Shown here in pieces: positions 1 through 9,481 of a stretch of DNA of 64,000 nucleotides. Numbering within the stretch: the first letter of the stretch is position 1; every line of letters starts with the position of its first letter. The DNA comes from an uncultured bacterium (GTDB taxonomy: Bacteria > SAR324 > NAC60-12). The translations under genes were made by a program, and so were the position numbers. Location: NCBI GenBank assembly GCA_964010765.1, contig CAXGMD010000004.1:1-64000 (forward strand), read 5' to 3'. The notes under the pieces were generated by a model that was not told where the DNA came from, made no database searches, and worked only from the letters and a program-made list of their open reading frames with translations.

Positions 1-783
1 CAGGGTTATTTTGATCTGGAAGAATGCTTTCAAAGGGGTGAAGAATATTTTGAAAGGCAGAACTTCAAGCGGGCTCTTGAGATCTACCAGCCGTTGATTC
101 CCGAAATTGAATCGGTTGAACTGCTCAACCGGATCGGGCACCTGCTGCTGCAGAAAAACAATTTGGATGATGCCTATAAGGTGTTTCAACGAGCCTTGCG
201 CAAGGACAGAAGCAATAAAGTGGCTCGGCAGGAGTTGAAGGCTGTGCGGGAAGCTTATTTGGAGATGGCAGAAACTGACTTGAAGAAGCCTGATTTGAAG
301 GCGGCAGTCTATAAACTGGAGCAGGCAATTGCGATCCTGCCAACCATTAAAGTGCTCAAGCAATTGTTCATCGTTTATGGAGATCTGGAAGAATGGAAGC
401 CACAACGAGAAATAAAAAAGAAGATCCGTGAAATGGAGGAGGCTGAGTTGGAGCGTCAACAACAACAGCTTCTTGAAAAAGCGGTTCAGGCGGAAGTGAG
501 CAAGGACTACAAATCAGCAATGACTTCCTATGAACAGGCCCTCCGAGTACTTCCTAAGCGGGGAATTTTTCTCAGGATGGTCAGCCTCTGTGAAAAGAAT
601 AACAAAGAAGAAATGGTGCCCCGGTTGACAAGTTGGTTTAATCAGCTGGAGGAAGACTACCAACGGCAGGAATTAGAGCCACTCACCAAAGAAGAGATGG
701 CGCTAGCTGACGAACCATCACCTGAGCCCGAAAAGGTCCGGCGAAAAAAGCGAAAACGACGTAAAGCCAAACCGGTTGAATGA
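1..783 (+). CDS. Tetratricopeptide-repeat protein (5' end outside window)
   Basis: The frame is open from base 1 (QGYFDLEECFQRGEEYFERQNFKRALEIYQP...) into ORF 94..783. Repeated helical TPR-like units (A..YEQAL...P). Basic C-terminal tail. Confidence 0.75.
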   Translation, partial: QGYFDLEECFQRGEEYFERQNFKRALEIYQPLIPEIESVELLNRIGHLLLQKNNLDDAYKVFQRALRKDRSNKVARQELKAVREAYLEMAETDLKKPDLKAAVYKLEQAIAILPTIKVLKQLFIVYGDLEEWKPQREIKKKIREMEEAELERQQQQLLEKAVQAEVSKDYKSAMTSYEQALRVLPKRGIFLRMVSLCEKNNKEEMVPRLTSWFNQLEEDYQRQELEPLTKEEMALADEPSPEPEKVRRKKRKRRKAKPVE

Positions 784-1433
784 GACGAGGTTCTAGTTCG
801 CAGGTTACCGAAAGCCTAGATTCTCTGGTAGATATTGTCTCCAACAGCGTTGGGATCCTGATCATCCTGGCAGTTTTTATGGCGTTGTTAAGTGTGGTGG
901 AGAGTCCCATAGATGAGCCGGTCTCGCCTGAAGAAACGAATGACTTGTTAACGATAGAAAAGAAGCGGATACCATGGTCACATTCCTCACAGAAAAGTAG
1001 TTTACTTTTTGTATTGCAGGATAATCGGCTGCTCTATCTGGATCGTGTTGCAGCCTATCGTTCGTTTCAGAGTGAGCTGGACGGTGAGCCAGAACTCCCT
1101 CTCAAGGCAGATCTAGACGGCTACCGTGTTGAGTTGACAGCTCAATCAAGTCAGAATCATTGTCTGCAATTCTTTCCAGAGTCTGGTGCTGGACAGTGGT
1201 GGGGGGAGGTTAGTCGCGCTGACGGCTGGCTCACAAAACTGCTTGCTGAGAAGTCTCCGAGTGAAGTGTATTTGTTTTTCTGGGCCGACGGGGCTAGTTT
1301 TGAACTGATGCGAGAAATTCGAGAGTGGACCTGGGATCAGCGCTATGAAGTAGGATGGAAACCGATTACAGAACGCTCGGGCTTGCGTTTCTGTACAGGT
1401 CTGGGACGATCCCTAAGTTTCCGTCCACAATGA
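780..1433 (+). CDS. Single-pass membrane protein, distant ExbD/TolR-like
   Basis: N-terminal 'LDSLVDIVSNSVGILIILAVFMALL' is a TM helix with an Asp at its start, as in ExbD-like proteins. Start overlaps the upstream stop by 4 nt. Confidence 0.5.
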   Translation: MRRGSSSQVTESLDSLVDIVSNSVGILIILAVFMALLSVVESPIDEPVSPEETNDLLTIEKKRIPWSHSSQKSSLLFVLQDNRLLYLDRVAAYRSFQSELDGEPELPLKADLDGYRVELTAQSSQNHCLQFFPESGAGQWWGEVSRADGWLTKLLAEKSPSEVYLFFWADGASFELMREIREWTWDQRYEVGWKPITERSGLRFCTGLGRSLSFRPQ

Positions 1434-1480
1434 GGCTAGTGAAGATAGTTACTCGATTAAAGTGAGAATAAGGAGGACCG

Positions 1481-3688
1481 TTGTTGTCCGAAGTGTCTGA
1501 ATCGGTAGCAGAAAATTTGAGTGGACGTGCTTTTGCGGTGCAAGAATCTGCAGATGAGTACTCCCAGTTAGTGATGGATCTGAAACAACAGATCCGCGAC
1601 TATGTACGCCGACGTGGGACTGAACTGGAGCAAAATCTCCTTGAAAAAGCCTTCGATGATATTGAAGCCTACCATGCCAACCAGATTCGCAGATCAGGCC
1701 AACCGGTTATTGTTCATCCGCTGAGAGTAGCCTTATCCATATGCAACATGGGCCTTGATGCTCCTACTGTTGTGGCCTCCCTCCTTCATGACGCTATCGA
1801 AGATACATCGATCACCTGGGACTACCTTTCTACAAATTATGGAGAATGGTACGCAGATATTGTTGATGGGCTAACGAAGATCAAGTACACCACAGATTCT
1901 GGTAAAAAAGGAGCAGACCTCGAAGCGACCTATCAGAAGATGCTTGCCGCAATGGTCCGGGATGTTCGTTCCTTGTTTATCAAGCTCTTTGACCGCCTTG
2001 ATAACATGAAGGACATGGACGCGATGCCTCGGCACAAGCAGCGCAGCATTAGCCGTGAGACCTTGAATGTCTATGTGCCCATGGCTCGTCGTTTTGGCCT
2101 TGAAGAAATTAGCCAGGAACACACTGAACTCTGTTTCCGATACCTCTACCCCAAACGTTATGAGAGGACTCTTGCACACTTACAGCGACTGAGAGAACAG
2201 CAAGCACCGTCTATCCAAGCAATGCATCGTCAAATTGAGGAAATTCTGCAGCGATGTGGTTTGGAAAATACAAGGATAGAGGAAATCTGGACACATCCGG
2301 CCTCTTACATCCACAGTTCTGAAGAAGCAGAAACTGTTTTGGAAGGCTACCGTTTGGTGGTTCAGGAGCCGTTGGAAAGCTATCAAGTCCTGGGGGCCCT
2401 GCATACTCAACGTAACGCTGTTCCCCTGAAAATTCGGGATTTCATTAGTAATCCTCTTTGGAACGGTCATCAAGGACTGCACACCCAAGTGATTTTTGAT
2501 GGTGAGCCCATTTCCTTTGAAATTGTTTCAAAGCAGATGAGCCAACTGAACGAATATGGAATCATGGCGCACTGGAAGGGTTCGGTAAGTGAACTCTCCA
2601 ACTACTATCGAACCTGCCTGGAGCAACTTGATCTGTTTAGTGGAAACAAGGAACTACGGATGGCGGAAGTGATGGGCTACCTGCAGTCAGAACAGATCCA
2701 GGTGTTCACTCCAAAAGGAGATATGGTAACCTTGCCTTCAGGAGCAACGGTTTTGGATTTTGCCTTTCAGATTCATACCGATTTAGGAACCTATTGTGTG
2801 GGTGCATTGGTGAATGCTCCACGTTCCCAAAGTGCTGACCAGAGTAGCCGAAATTGGGTTTCACGTGACCGTAAACTGGAACACGGTGAATCAGTGCGAA
2901 TCCTGGCTCGTCCAGATCAGTATCCAGATCGAACCTGGTTGGAACAATCCATCACCGCGAGAAGCCACCTGAACATTCGCCGTAGCCTGAGACAGCAAAA
3001 TTCACGAAAAGCCCAAGAAGTGGGACGTGATTTTTTGGTTAGTGAGTTGTTCCATTTTCAGCAAAATGTTGATCAATGGTTCCAACAAGAAAATGTTCAG
3101 GAAGCTCTGGCGAAGGAGCGCTTGACCAAGGAGCGTTTCCTAGAAGAATTGGGATTGCAGCGAAGAGAATTGAAAAATTTCCTAAAGACCTATCAACTTT
3201 TGCCAAATCAGGCTTTGCATGGCATTGCCCGCCTCAGAGCTTGGTTTCAAACTAAAGAAGCACCTGTCTTTAAGGTCGAAAATGACAATGACAGCATTGT
3301 CCATCTGAGCTCATGCTGTCATCCAATTCCAGGTGACCGCGCTCTGGGTATTCCGAATGATCAGAAAGAAATGGAGATTCACCGTGACAACTGTACTAAG
3401 ATTCCAGCCCGCAAAGGACTTCCTCCAGTTCAAATCAACTGGGCTTTGCCAGAATCTCGTCTGAAGGGCTATAAACTGAATCTATTGACCATCGATGATC
3501 GAGGCATTTTGTTTCAAATCACGAAAGTAATCAAAGACGCAGGGGTAGCAATTCTGGACTCGAGAAGTTTTCAGAAAAATGAACGGGAAGCCATGATTGA
3601 AGTAAGCTTGGAGCCAATGTCTTGGCGCACTTTTCATAAAATTGTGGAGAGATTGCGTCCAATGAAATTTGTCAAGCAGGTCTGGTGA
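1481..3688 (+). CDS. spoT: Long RelA/SpoT homologue (HD hydrolase, degenerate synthetase, TGS, ZFD, ACT)
   Basis: RRSGQPVIVHP, LLHDAIEDT (HD), KLFDRLDNM, VFTPKG..LPSGATVLDFAF.IHT (TGS), CCHPIPGD...HRDNC (ZFD), DDRGIL (ACT). RBS AAGGAGG lies before the TTG start. Confidence 0.9.
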   Translation: MLSEVSESVAENLSGRAFAVQESADEYSQLVMDLKQQIRDYVRRRGTELEQNLLEKAFDDIEAYHANQIRRSGQPVIVHPLRVALSICNMGLDAPTVVASLLHDAIEDTSITWDYLSTNYGEWYADIVDGLTKIKYTTDSGKKGADLEATYQKMLAAMVRDVRSLFIKLFDRLDNMKDMDAMPRHKQRSISRETLNVYVPMARRFGLEEISQEHTELCFRYLYPKRYERTLAHLQRLREQQAPSIQAMHRQIEEILQRCGLENTRIEEIWTHPASYIHSSEEAETVLEGYRLVVQEPLESYQVLGALHTQRNAVPLKIRDFISNPLWNGHQGLHTQVIFDGEPISFEIVSKQMSQLNEYGIMAHWKGSVSELSNYYRTCLEQLDLFSGNKELRMAEVMGYLQSEQIQVFTPKGDMVTLPSGATVLDFAFQIHTDLGTYCVGALVNAPRSQSADQSSRNWVSRDRKLEHGESVRILARPDQYPDRTWLEQSITARSHLNIRRSLRQQNSRKAQEVGRDFLVSELFHFQQNVDQWFQQENVQEALAKERLTKERFLEELGLQRRELKNFLKTYQLLPNQALHGIARLRAWFQTKEAPVFKVENDNDSIVHLSSCCHPIPGDRALGIPNDQKEMEIHRDNCTKIPARKGLPPVQINWALPESRLKGYKLNLLTIDDRGILFQITKVIKDAGVAILDSRSFQKNEREAMIEVSLEPMSWRTFHKIVERLRPMKFVKQVW

Positions 3689-4308
3689 TGGAAGCAGGTC
3701 ACCCACTGGTTGGGTTGACGGGTGGAATTGCTTGCGGAAAAAGTGCAGTTGCCGCGTATCTTCGTGAAAAAGGCTATCCGGTCATTAATGCAGATCGAGT
3801 TGGCCATATAGTCCTTACCCCAGGCCAAACGGCTTATGACCAGATTTTGGAAACTTTTGGCAAAGGGATCCTGACTAAGAACAAGGAGATCAATCGGAAG
3901 GCTCTTGGCAACATAATTTTCAATGATACAAAAGCCCGAGAGCAACTGAACCAGATCACTCATCCACCGATTGCCCAATTGATGGAAGAACGTCTGCTCG
4001 ATTTGACTAGTTTTTTGGATTCGGGAAAACCTGTTTTTTTGGAAGCAGCTCTGTTGATAGAATCTCAGTGGAGATCACGTTGTGATCAAATCTGGGTAGT
4101 GACTGCTCCAAAAGATCAAATCCTTCAACGTCTGCAACTCCGGAACTGTTTAACTGCTGAGCAGGCCCAGTCCAGAATTGATTCGCAACTACGTCAGGAG
4201 GAACGATTGCCTTATGCGGACGTAGTTCTGGAAAATCAAGGTTTGCTTGCTGATTTGTTGAAACAAGTAGATCTCGCCTTGGCCCAACTCGAAGTCACGG
4301 AAAACTGA
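3685..4308 (+). CDS. coaE: Dephospho-CoA kinase
   Basis: GLTGGIACGKS P-loop, 'INRKALGNIIF', 'LNQITHPPI', 'EAALLIE', 'ADVVLEN'. Confidence 0.95.
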   Translation: MMEAGHPLVGLTGGIACGKSAVAAYLREKGYPVINADRVGHIVLTPGQTAYDQILETFGKGILTKNKEINRKALGNIIFNDTKAREQLNQITHPPIAQLMEERLLDLTSFLDSGKPVFLEAALLIESQWRSRCDQIWVVTAPKDQILQRLQLRNCLTAEQAQSRIDSQLRQEERLPYADVVLENQGLLADLLKQVDLALAQLEVTEN

Positions 4309-5279
4309 TGAAAACTTCACTCCATCTGATACTTGACTGTCGAAAACCACACATGCGGTTTTTTTGGCGTAGACATGGTTTGAGAATTATGGAACGTCTG
4401 ACTCCAGCCGGGCTTTCTTTCTTGACTCCTCACATGATGCTCGAGCAGGAACTACGTAAGGCACTGCATGCGGGCAGTAATCGCTTGGTTATCATTGGTA
4501 GCCCAGAGCTTTTGTCACAAACCTTTCATCTATTGATGAAGGAGTTTGAGAGTGGGCAGCCTCCCTGCGAGATTGGGTTTTGGCAGGTCACGAAGAAAGA
4601 GGCATGGTTCTCTATGTTGCAAACATCTGAGACTTTCAGCCCCCTCTTGCATACCTTCCGAAATGGGCATGCAGTCCCGGTCAACGTTATCAAAGCTCGA
4701 TATACGGACCAGAACTCACAACTCGAGACCGCGTACTTTTGGAACGAAATAATAGTCCAGGCAAGTGGTCAACCTTCTAGCTCGATTGTCACCATCGGGG
4801 AAGAGGAGTGGACGCATCAGGACAAGGTGCGTTTTAGATTAGCTTTACACAAAGAACCTCTACATTCTTGGCGGATCAATCACAGTCATTTGCTCAAGGC
4901 AAATGATCTTCAGGTTTATACAGCTAAATTGTCATCTCCTACAGACGGAGTAGCCAAATTGCAGCATGTGCCACCGAGTGAAAATTGGCTTGGTAAGGGT
5001 GAGTTTGTCCAATTACACGGCAATTATTTGCAAATGTCTTCACCATATGGTGGCTGGACAGCTGAGACCCAACAACTGCAGGTGGAGGTACTGCCTCGCA
5101 GTCTGTATCTGTTGATCCCTATGATTCCTGCAAGAACAGCTGAGCGTTCACGAGCAAACCTACTTACGTTCAAACCCAGGTCATTGGTGGTTGCGAGTCG
5201 TCAACGATCACCACAGAACGCTGTGAAAAATTCTGGAAAATCAATGGATAACGTTTTTCGTGATGATAAAAATAAGTGA
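4308..5279 (+). CDS. Hypothetical protein, degenerate diacylglycerol-kinase/NAD-kinase-like fold
   Basis: The spacing of LVIIGSPE.., EIGFW, AVPVNVI, YFWNE and VEVLPRSL resembles the DAGK/YegS layout, but the GGDG motif is absent. Confidence 0.4.
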   Translation: MKTSLHLILDCRKPHMRFFWRRHGLRIMERLTPAGLSFLTPHMMLEQELRKALHAGSNRLVIIGSPELLSQTFHLLMKEFESGQPPCEIGFWQVTKKEAWFSMLQTSETFSPLLHTFRNGHAVPVNVIKARYTDQNSQLETAYFWNEIIVQASGQPSSSIVTIGEEEWTHQDKVRFRLALHKEPLHSWRINHSHLLKANDLQVYTAKLSSPTDGVAKLQHVPPSENWLGKGEFVQLHGNYLQMSSPYGGWTAETQQLQVEVLPRSLYLLIPMIPARTAERSRANLLTFKPRSLVVASRQRSPQNAVKNSGKSMDNVFRDDKNK

Positions 5280-6895
5280 AAGAATCCGTGTTGCGATACC
5301 ATCCCAGACTACCCGAACTAGGAAAATTTGACGTACCCCGCTCTGAAATTGCCGCTCAACCCCACGAACTTCACGCCCACCTGCTCAATCTTGACCAACC
5401 AGTTTATTTACTCAACAGTCCTGATGGGCTAGCCACATGGATTCCTTCACAAACCGCGAGTGAAGCTCAACTGATTCAATCTCTCATCGGAATCTTACCG
5501 GTACAGTCTCCATCGCTTTTGGGGGATCCTGGGTTCTGCCAGTCTCATGGTACTCGCTATGCCTATCATGCAGGCGCAATGGCAAATGGGATTGCCTCTG
5601 AGGAACTGGTAATTGCTCTTGGACAGCAAGGAATTTTAGCTTCATTTGGCGCAGCTGGCTTGGTGCCTTCTCGTATTGAGGTAGCAATCCAAAAGATTCA
5701 GCAGGCTTTGCCTAATGGTACCTATGCGTTCAATTTGATCCACAGCCCTAGTGAGCCAGCTTTGGAAATTGGTGCTGTCGAGCGCTATCTTCAGTATGGG
5801 GTACGATGCGTTGAAGCGAGTGCATTCTTAGATCTGACTGCTTCTATTGTAAGATATCGTGTGGCAGGTCTCCACCAAACTAACGGAGGTATCGAGATCA
5901 CTAATCGGGTGATTGCAAAAGTCTCCAGAACAGAGGTGGCTCGAAGATTTTTGGAACCTGCACCAGAAAAATATTTGAAACAATGCTTGGAGAAAGCGTG
6001 GATAACACAGGAACAGGCAAATTTGGCAGCTCATGTACCTATGGCTGACGACCTGACTGTGGAAGCAGACTCTGGAGGACATACGGATAATCGTCCACTC
6101 GTAATTCTCTTGCCGACAATGCTTAAATTACGGGATGAGATTCAGGAGGCGCGACCCTATTCAACGAGAATCGGGGTAGGTGGTGGTTTGGGCACACCAG
6201 AGGCTGTGATGGGAGCGTTTGCAATGGGAGCTGCTTATGTAGTGACTGGCTCTGTGAATCAGGCGTGCTATGAAGCGGGTGCATCGGAACACACCCGTCG
6301 ATTATTGGCACAAGCGGAGATGGCAGATGTTACTATGGCCCCAGCTGCAGATATGTTTGAGATGGGGGTTCAGTTACAGGTGCTCAAGCGAGGAACCATG
6401 TTTCCGATGCGAGCTCAGAAACTTTATGAGTTGTACCGTCGATATGATTCTATTGAAGAAATCCCTACTGAAGAGCGCGATAAAATTGAGAAACAAGTGT
6501 TTCGTCAACCGCTTACTAAAATTTGGGAGCAGACAGAAGCCTTCTTTCTGGAACGTGATCCTCAACAAGTGGAGCGGGCTCAAAATCATCCCAAGCGAAA
6601 AATGGCTTTGATTTTTCGCTGGTATCTAGGCCTATCGTCGCGCTGGTCGAATATCGGTGAAAAAGGCCGTGAGGCTGATTATCAGATTTGGTGTGGTCCA
6701 GCGATGGGAGCTTTCAACGCTTGGACAAAGGAATCTTATCTTGCTGATCCTCAACAAAGATCTGTTGTTGATGTTGCTGAACATCTAATGAGAGGGGCAG
6801 CTTATCTGAGTCGGTTACAGTTGATGTCACACATGGGTGTCTTGGTACCTAATTCTCTCAGAACCTATAAACCTTCCCCTTTACAGCGGATGTAA
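5276..6895 (+). CDS. pfaD: PfaD-family enoyl reductase (PUFA/polyketide synthesis)
   Basis: AGAMANGIASEELVIALG, NLIHSPSEP, VEASAF, EADSGGHTDNRP, GTMFPMRAQKLYELY, DYQIWCGPAMGAF. Confidence 0.95.
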   Translation: MKESVLRYHPRLPELGKFDVPRSEIAAQPHELHAHLLNLDQPVYLLNSPDGLATWIPSQTASEAQLIQSLIGILPVQSPSLLGDPGFCQSHGTRYAYHAGAMANGIASEELVIALGQQGILASFGAAGLVPSRIEVAIQKIQQALPNGTYAFNLIHSPSEPALEIGAVERYLQYGVRCVEASAFLDLTASIVRYRVAGLHQTNGGIEITNRVIAKVSRTEVARRFLEPAPEKYLKQCLEKAWITQEQANLAAHVPMADDLTVEADSGGHTDNRPLVILLPTMLKLRDEIQEARPYSTRIGVGGGLGTPEAVMGAFAMGAAYVVTGSVNQACYEAGASEHTRRLLAQAEMADVTMAPAADMFEMGVQLQVLKRGTMFPMRAQKLYELYRRYDSIEEIPTEERDKIEKQVFRQPLTKIWEQTEAFFLERDPQQVERAQNHPKRKMALIFRWYLGLSSRWSNIGEKGREADYQIWCGPAMGAFNAWTKESYLADPQQRSVVDVAEHLMRGAAYLSRLQLMSHMGVLVPNSLRTYKPSPLQRM

Positions 6896-6913
6896 ACTTT
6901 CCCGCATAGTTGA

Positions 6914-6942
6914 TTGCGACTGTCAAAAAGTTACACTATAGT
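6914..6942 (+). promoter_or_regulatory. Candidate sigma70-type promoter for the gspG operon
   Basis: TTGCGA-17 nt-TATAGT, about 48 nt upstream of the gspG ATG. Confidence 0.4.
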
Positions 6943-6989
6943 TTCTTTATATTTTCTTTAATTTCATTAACTCTGCTCACCAATTTTTC

Positions 6990-7448
6990 ATGTCTAACGT
7001 AACTTTTCCCCTCACACGCCCAATACGTCGTCGTCGCAAAGGCTTTAGTTTCATCGAAGTCATGGTCGTCATCATGATTCTTGGATTGCTAGTGGGCATT
7101 GTTGGTGTTTCGCTGTTTGACTCTGCCTCACAAGCTACAGTTGATGCTACCAAAACACAGATTCGTGGTTTGGAAACGGCTTTGGACCTTTACAGATTAC
7201 ACAATGGAAGATATCCCACAACTGATCAAAAACTTAGTGCACTGCTAGAGCGTCCAGAAGTCGGCATTATCCCAAAAAATTGGAATGGGCCTTATTTGAG
7301 AAGTAAACAACTGCCAATGGATGGCTGGGATAATGAGTTTGTCTATACCAGCGATGGTAATGATTACGAAATAATGTCACTAGGTGCTGACGGGATGGAA
7401 GGCGGAACTGAATTGGATGCCGACATTTCCTCCAACGATGCACGCTGA
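6990..7448 (+). CDS. gspG: Type II secretion major pseudopilin
   Basis: Prepilin site KG|FSFIEVMVV, 'ALDLYRL..GRYPTTDQ.L.AL', 'WNGPYL', 'DGWDN', 'SLGADG.EGG'. Confidence 0.95.
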   Translation: MSNVTFPLTRPIRRRRKGFSFIEVMVVIMILGLLVGIVGVSLFDSASQATVDATKTQIRGLETALDLYRLHNGRYPTTDQKLSALLERPEVGIIPKNWNGPYLRSKQLPMDGWDNEFVYTSDGNDYEIMSLGADGMEGGTELDADISSNDAR

Positions 7449-7968
7449 GCAAGCCCGTAGAGGCTTTACTCTCCTTGAACTGACCTTTGCCACCATTGTT
7501 ATCTCACTGATCCTTGGGCTGACAATCCCCCAACTTCAGTCTGTAATGACGCAGGTTCCTCAGCAGGAACTGAGTTATCTGACGAGAACCCTCCGCCAGC
7601 TTCGCAATGATGCGATTCTCCAGAATCGAACCTACTGGCTGGTGTTCGATTTGCAGAATCAGCAAATCCGGATTGAAGAAGAAGACAGTGGTGAGCGTGA
7701 AGCATTTGCAGAGGATCATCCTGAACGCACCTTGCGCCCTCATTTGATTCCAGAGGATTGGGAGATTGCAGCAGTTTTATTGACCCAGGAAGAGAGAGAA
7801 TTAATTCAGCCAGAGGAAGTTGAAATCTTGGTGGATAATTCAGGATTTGTTACCCCCTTCCGCTATCAGTTCAGGGAGCGTGAACAGCCAGAAGAAACTT
7901 GGGAGATTGCTACCAAAGGCTTATTAGGCCGAGTAGAAATGTTGAATCCCAACACTAAGGATTCATGA
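7438..7968 (+). CDS. gspH: Type II secretion minor pseudopilin H
   Basis: RRG|FTLLEL N-methylation motif and position after gspG. Start moved to ATG 7438. Confidence 0.75.
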   Translation: MHAEQARRGFTLLELTFATIVISLILGLTIPQLQSVMTQVPQQELSYLTRTLRQLRNDAILQNRTYWLVFDLQNQQIRIEEEDSGEREAFAEDHPERTLRPHLIPEDWEIAAVLLTQEERELIQPEEVEILVDNSGFVTPFRYQFREREQPEETWEIATKGLLGRVEMLNPNTKDS

Positions 7969-8354
7969 AACTTCGCAGAGGTTTCACGGTTCTCGAAGTA
8001 CTGGTTGCGATGTCTATACTGGTGGTGACTTTGATCGCCATCTACCAAAGCTTCTCGACCTCACTATTCATCCTTAATTCTACACAGAACCTATGGCGGG
8101 CGATCACAGGTTCTCAGAATGAACTGCTACGCTGGGAACGCAGCTTAAACGCTCCAGTTTCGTTGGCGCAGGGAGAGATTGCTGAGGAAGAAGATCCTCT
8201 TTTTGGCTTCGCATGGGAACGAGAAATTGAAGATACTGAACCCTTGCCTGGCATCATCATCCGACGGGTCTACTACCGCCTGAAATGGAATGAGGCAGGA
8301 TCTGAATATAGCTACGATGCCGAACTCTACGTCAAACCTACCGATCCAAGATAA
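7965..8354 (+). CDS. gspI: Type II secretion minor pseudopilin I
   Basis: RRG|FTVLEVLVAMSI, 129 aa, gene order. Confidence 0.8.
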   Translation: MKLRRGFTVLEVLVAMSILVVTLIAIYQSFSTSLFILNSTQNLWRAITGSQNELLRWERSLNAPVSLAQGEIAEEEDPLFGFAWEREIEDTEPLPGIIIRRVYYRLKWNEAGSEYSYDAELYVKPTDPR

Positions 8355-9126
8355 ATCATTTTTTCGAAAAATCAGCGGCTTCTCCTTGTTGGAAGTGCTG
8401 GTTTCCATGGCAATCCTCGGCATGTTGGTAACCTTGCTCTACAGCAGCTTCTCTCAAATCTCCAGAACCTCATTGAGCGTGGAGAAGTCCCTGCGGGGTC
8501 GTGAAGAATTACGCCTACTTATGAAGATAGTACTCGATGATCTGCAAGCCATGCAGTACCTGTCTCGCCTAGTCGAATTGAATGAATCAGAGAGTCCAGG
8601 AGTTCAAATTGATAGTTTTCAGACAGGCTTAATTGCTAGGCTTGTTGATGGCCCCCAAGGAGCAGAATCTTCTTCAGCAATTGACTTTCATGCTGCACGG
8701 CGTGCCCGTTTCTATCCGGAATGGCGGGAACAAGATCCTAGGCTGCATGAGATCGGTTATCGTATGCAAGAAAACTCAGAAACAGGTCGTTGGGAGTTGT
8801 GGCGCAGAGAAGATTTTTATGTGGATCCTGATTTGTCTGAGGGTGGAAGAGATTACTTGCTGACAGACAGAGTGACAGGATTTCTGGTGGAATTACTTGA
8901 ACAGGAGATTGAACTGGCAGATGGAGGAACCCAAGAAAATTGGGTAAAAGATTGGGATACGCAGGAGTTAGCTTGTGAACGGAATTCCGAAGCTAGTAAT
9001 TCGTTTTGTCTGCCCAGAGCAATTCGATTGAGTATGGCCGTGGAGGATGAAGATGGACAAACGCTGGAGGAATCTCTGACGATCAATCTCTGCGTTCGTC
9101 CATGTAAACCGGAGTGGTTCGAATGA
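8317..9126 (+). CDS. gspJ: Type II secretion minor pseudopilin J
   Basis: SG|FSLLEVLVSMAI, 'EIGYR', 'LWRRE', 'LPRAIRL'. Start is uncertain (8290 or 8317). Confidence 0.8.
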   Translation: MPNSTSNLPIQDKSFFRKISGFSLLEVLVSMAILGMLVTLLYSSFSQISRTSLSVEKSLRGREELRLLMKIVLDDLQAMQYLSRLVELNESESPGVQIDSFQTGLIARLVDGPQGAESSSAIDFHAARRARFYPEWREQDPRLHEIGYRMQENSETGRWELWRREDFYVDPDLSEGGRDYLLTDRVTGFLVELLEQEIELADGGTQENWVKDWDTQELACERNSEASNSFCLPRAIRLSMAVEDEDGQTLEESLTINLCVRPCKPEWFE

Positions 9127-9136
9127 GTGACGCTAT

Positions 9137-9481
9137 TCAGGAATGTTGCTCAGTTCCTGTTAAAGCACGATTCGAGTCGATGTAGCTTTGGATTGCTTGA
9201 AGAATTAGGTCCGTCTTGCTAAGACCGGTTTGTTCGCAAAGCACCTCTACTTCTTGAAGCATCTCATCAGAAATTCGAAAGCCCATACGTGTCCTAAGTG
9301 GCTTATCAAGCTTCAGAGGCCGACCTCGTCTTCGAGTTTCCTCGACAATGTTGTCTGCGTAAGGAGTACGCTCTTTAAAATTTGTAGATGGTGGCAGTTG
9401 ACTGATGTCATTTCTTACAGCTGGGGTGGTGCTATCGAAACTGACTTCATTTCGGTAATTCGTGGGTGCGACGAGATCCAT
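9137..9481 (-). CDS. Small ribbon-helix-helix (CopG-like) DNA-binding protein
   Basis: C-terminal 'RMGFRISDEMLQEVEVLCEQTGLSKTDLILQAIQSYI' fits the RHH pattern and is preceded by 'RRRGRP'. Confidence 0.65.
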   Translation of the reverse strand: MDLVAPTNYRNEVSFDSTTPAVRNDISQLPPSTNFKERTPYADNIVEETRRRGRPLKLDKPLRTRMGFRISDEMLQEVEVLCEQTGLSKTDLILQAIQSYIDSNRALTGTEQHS

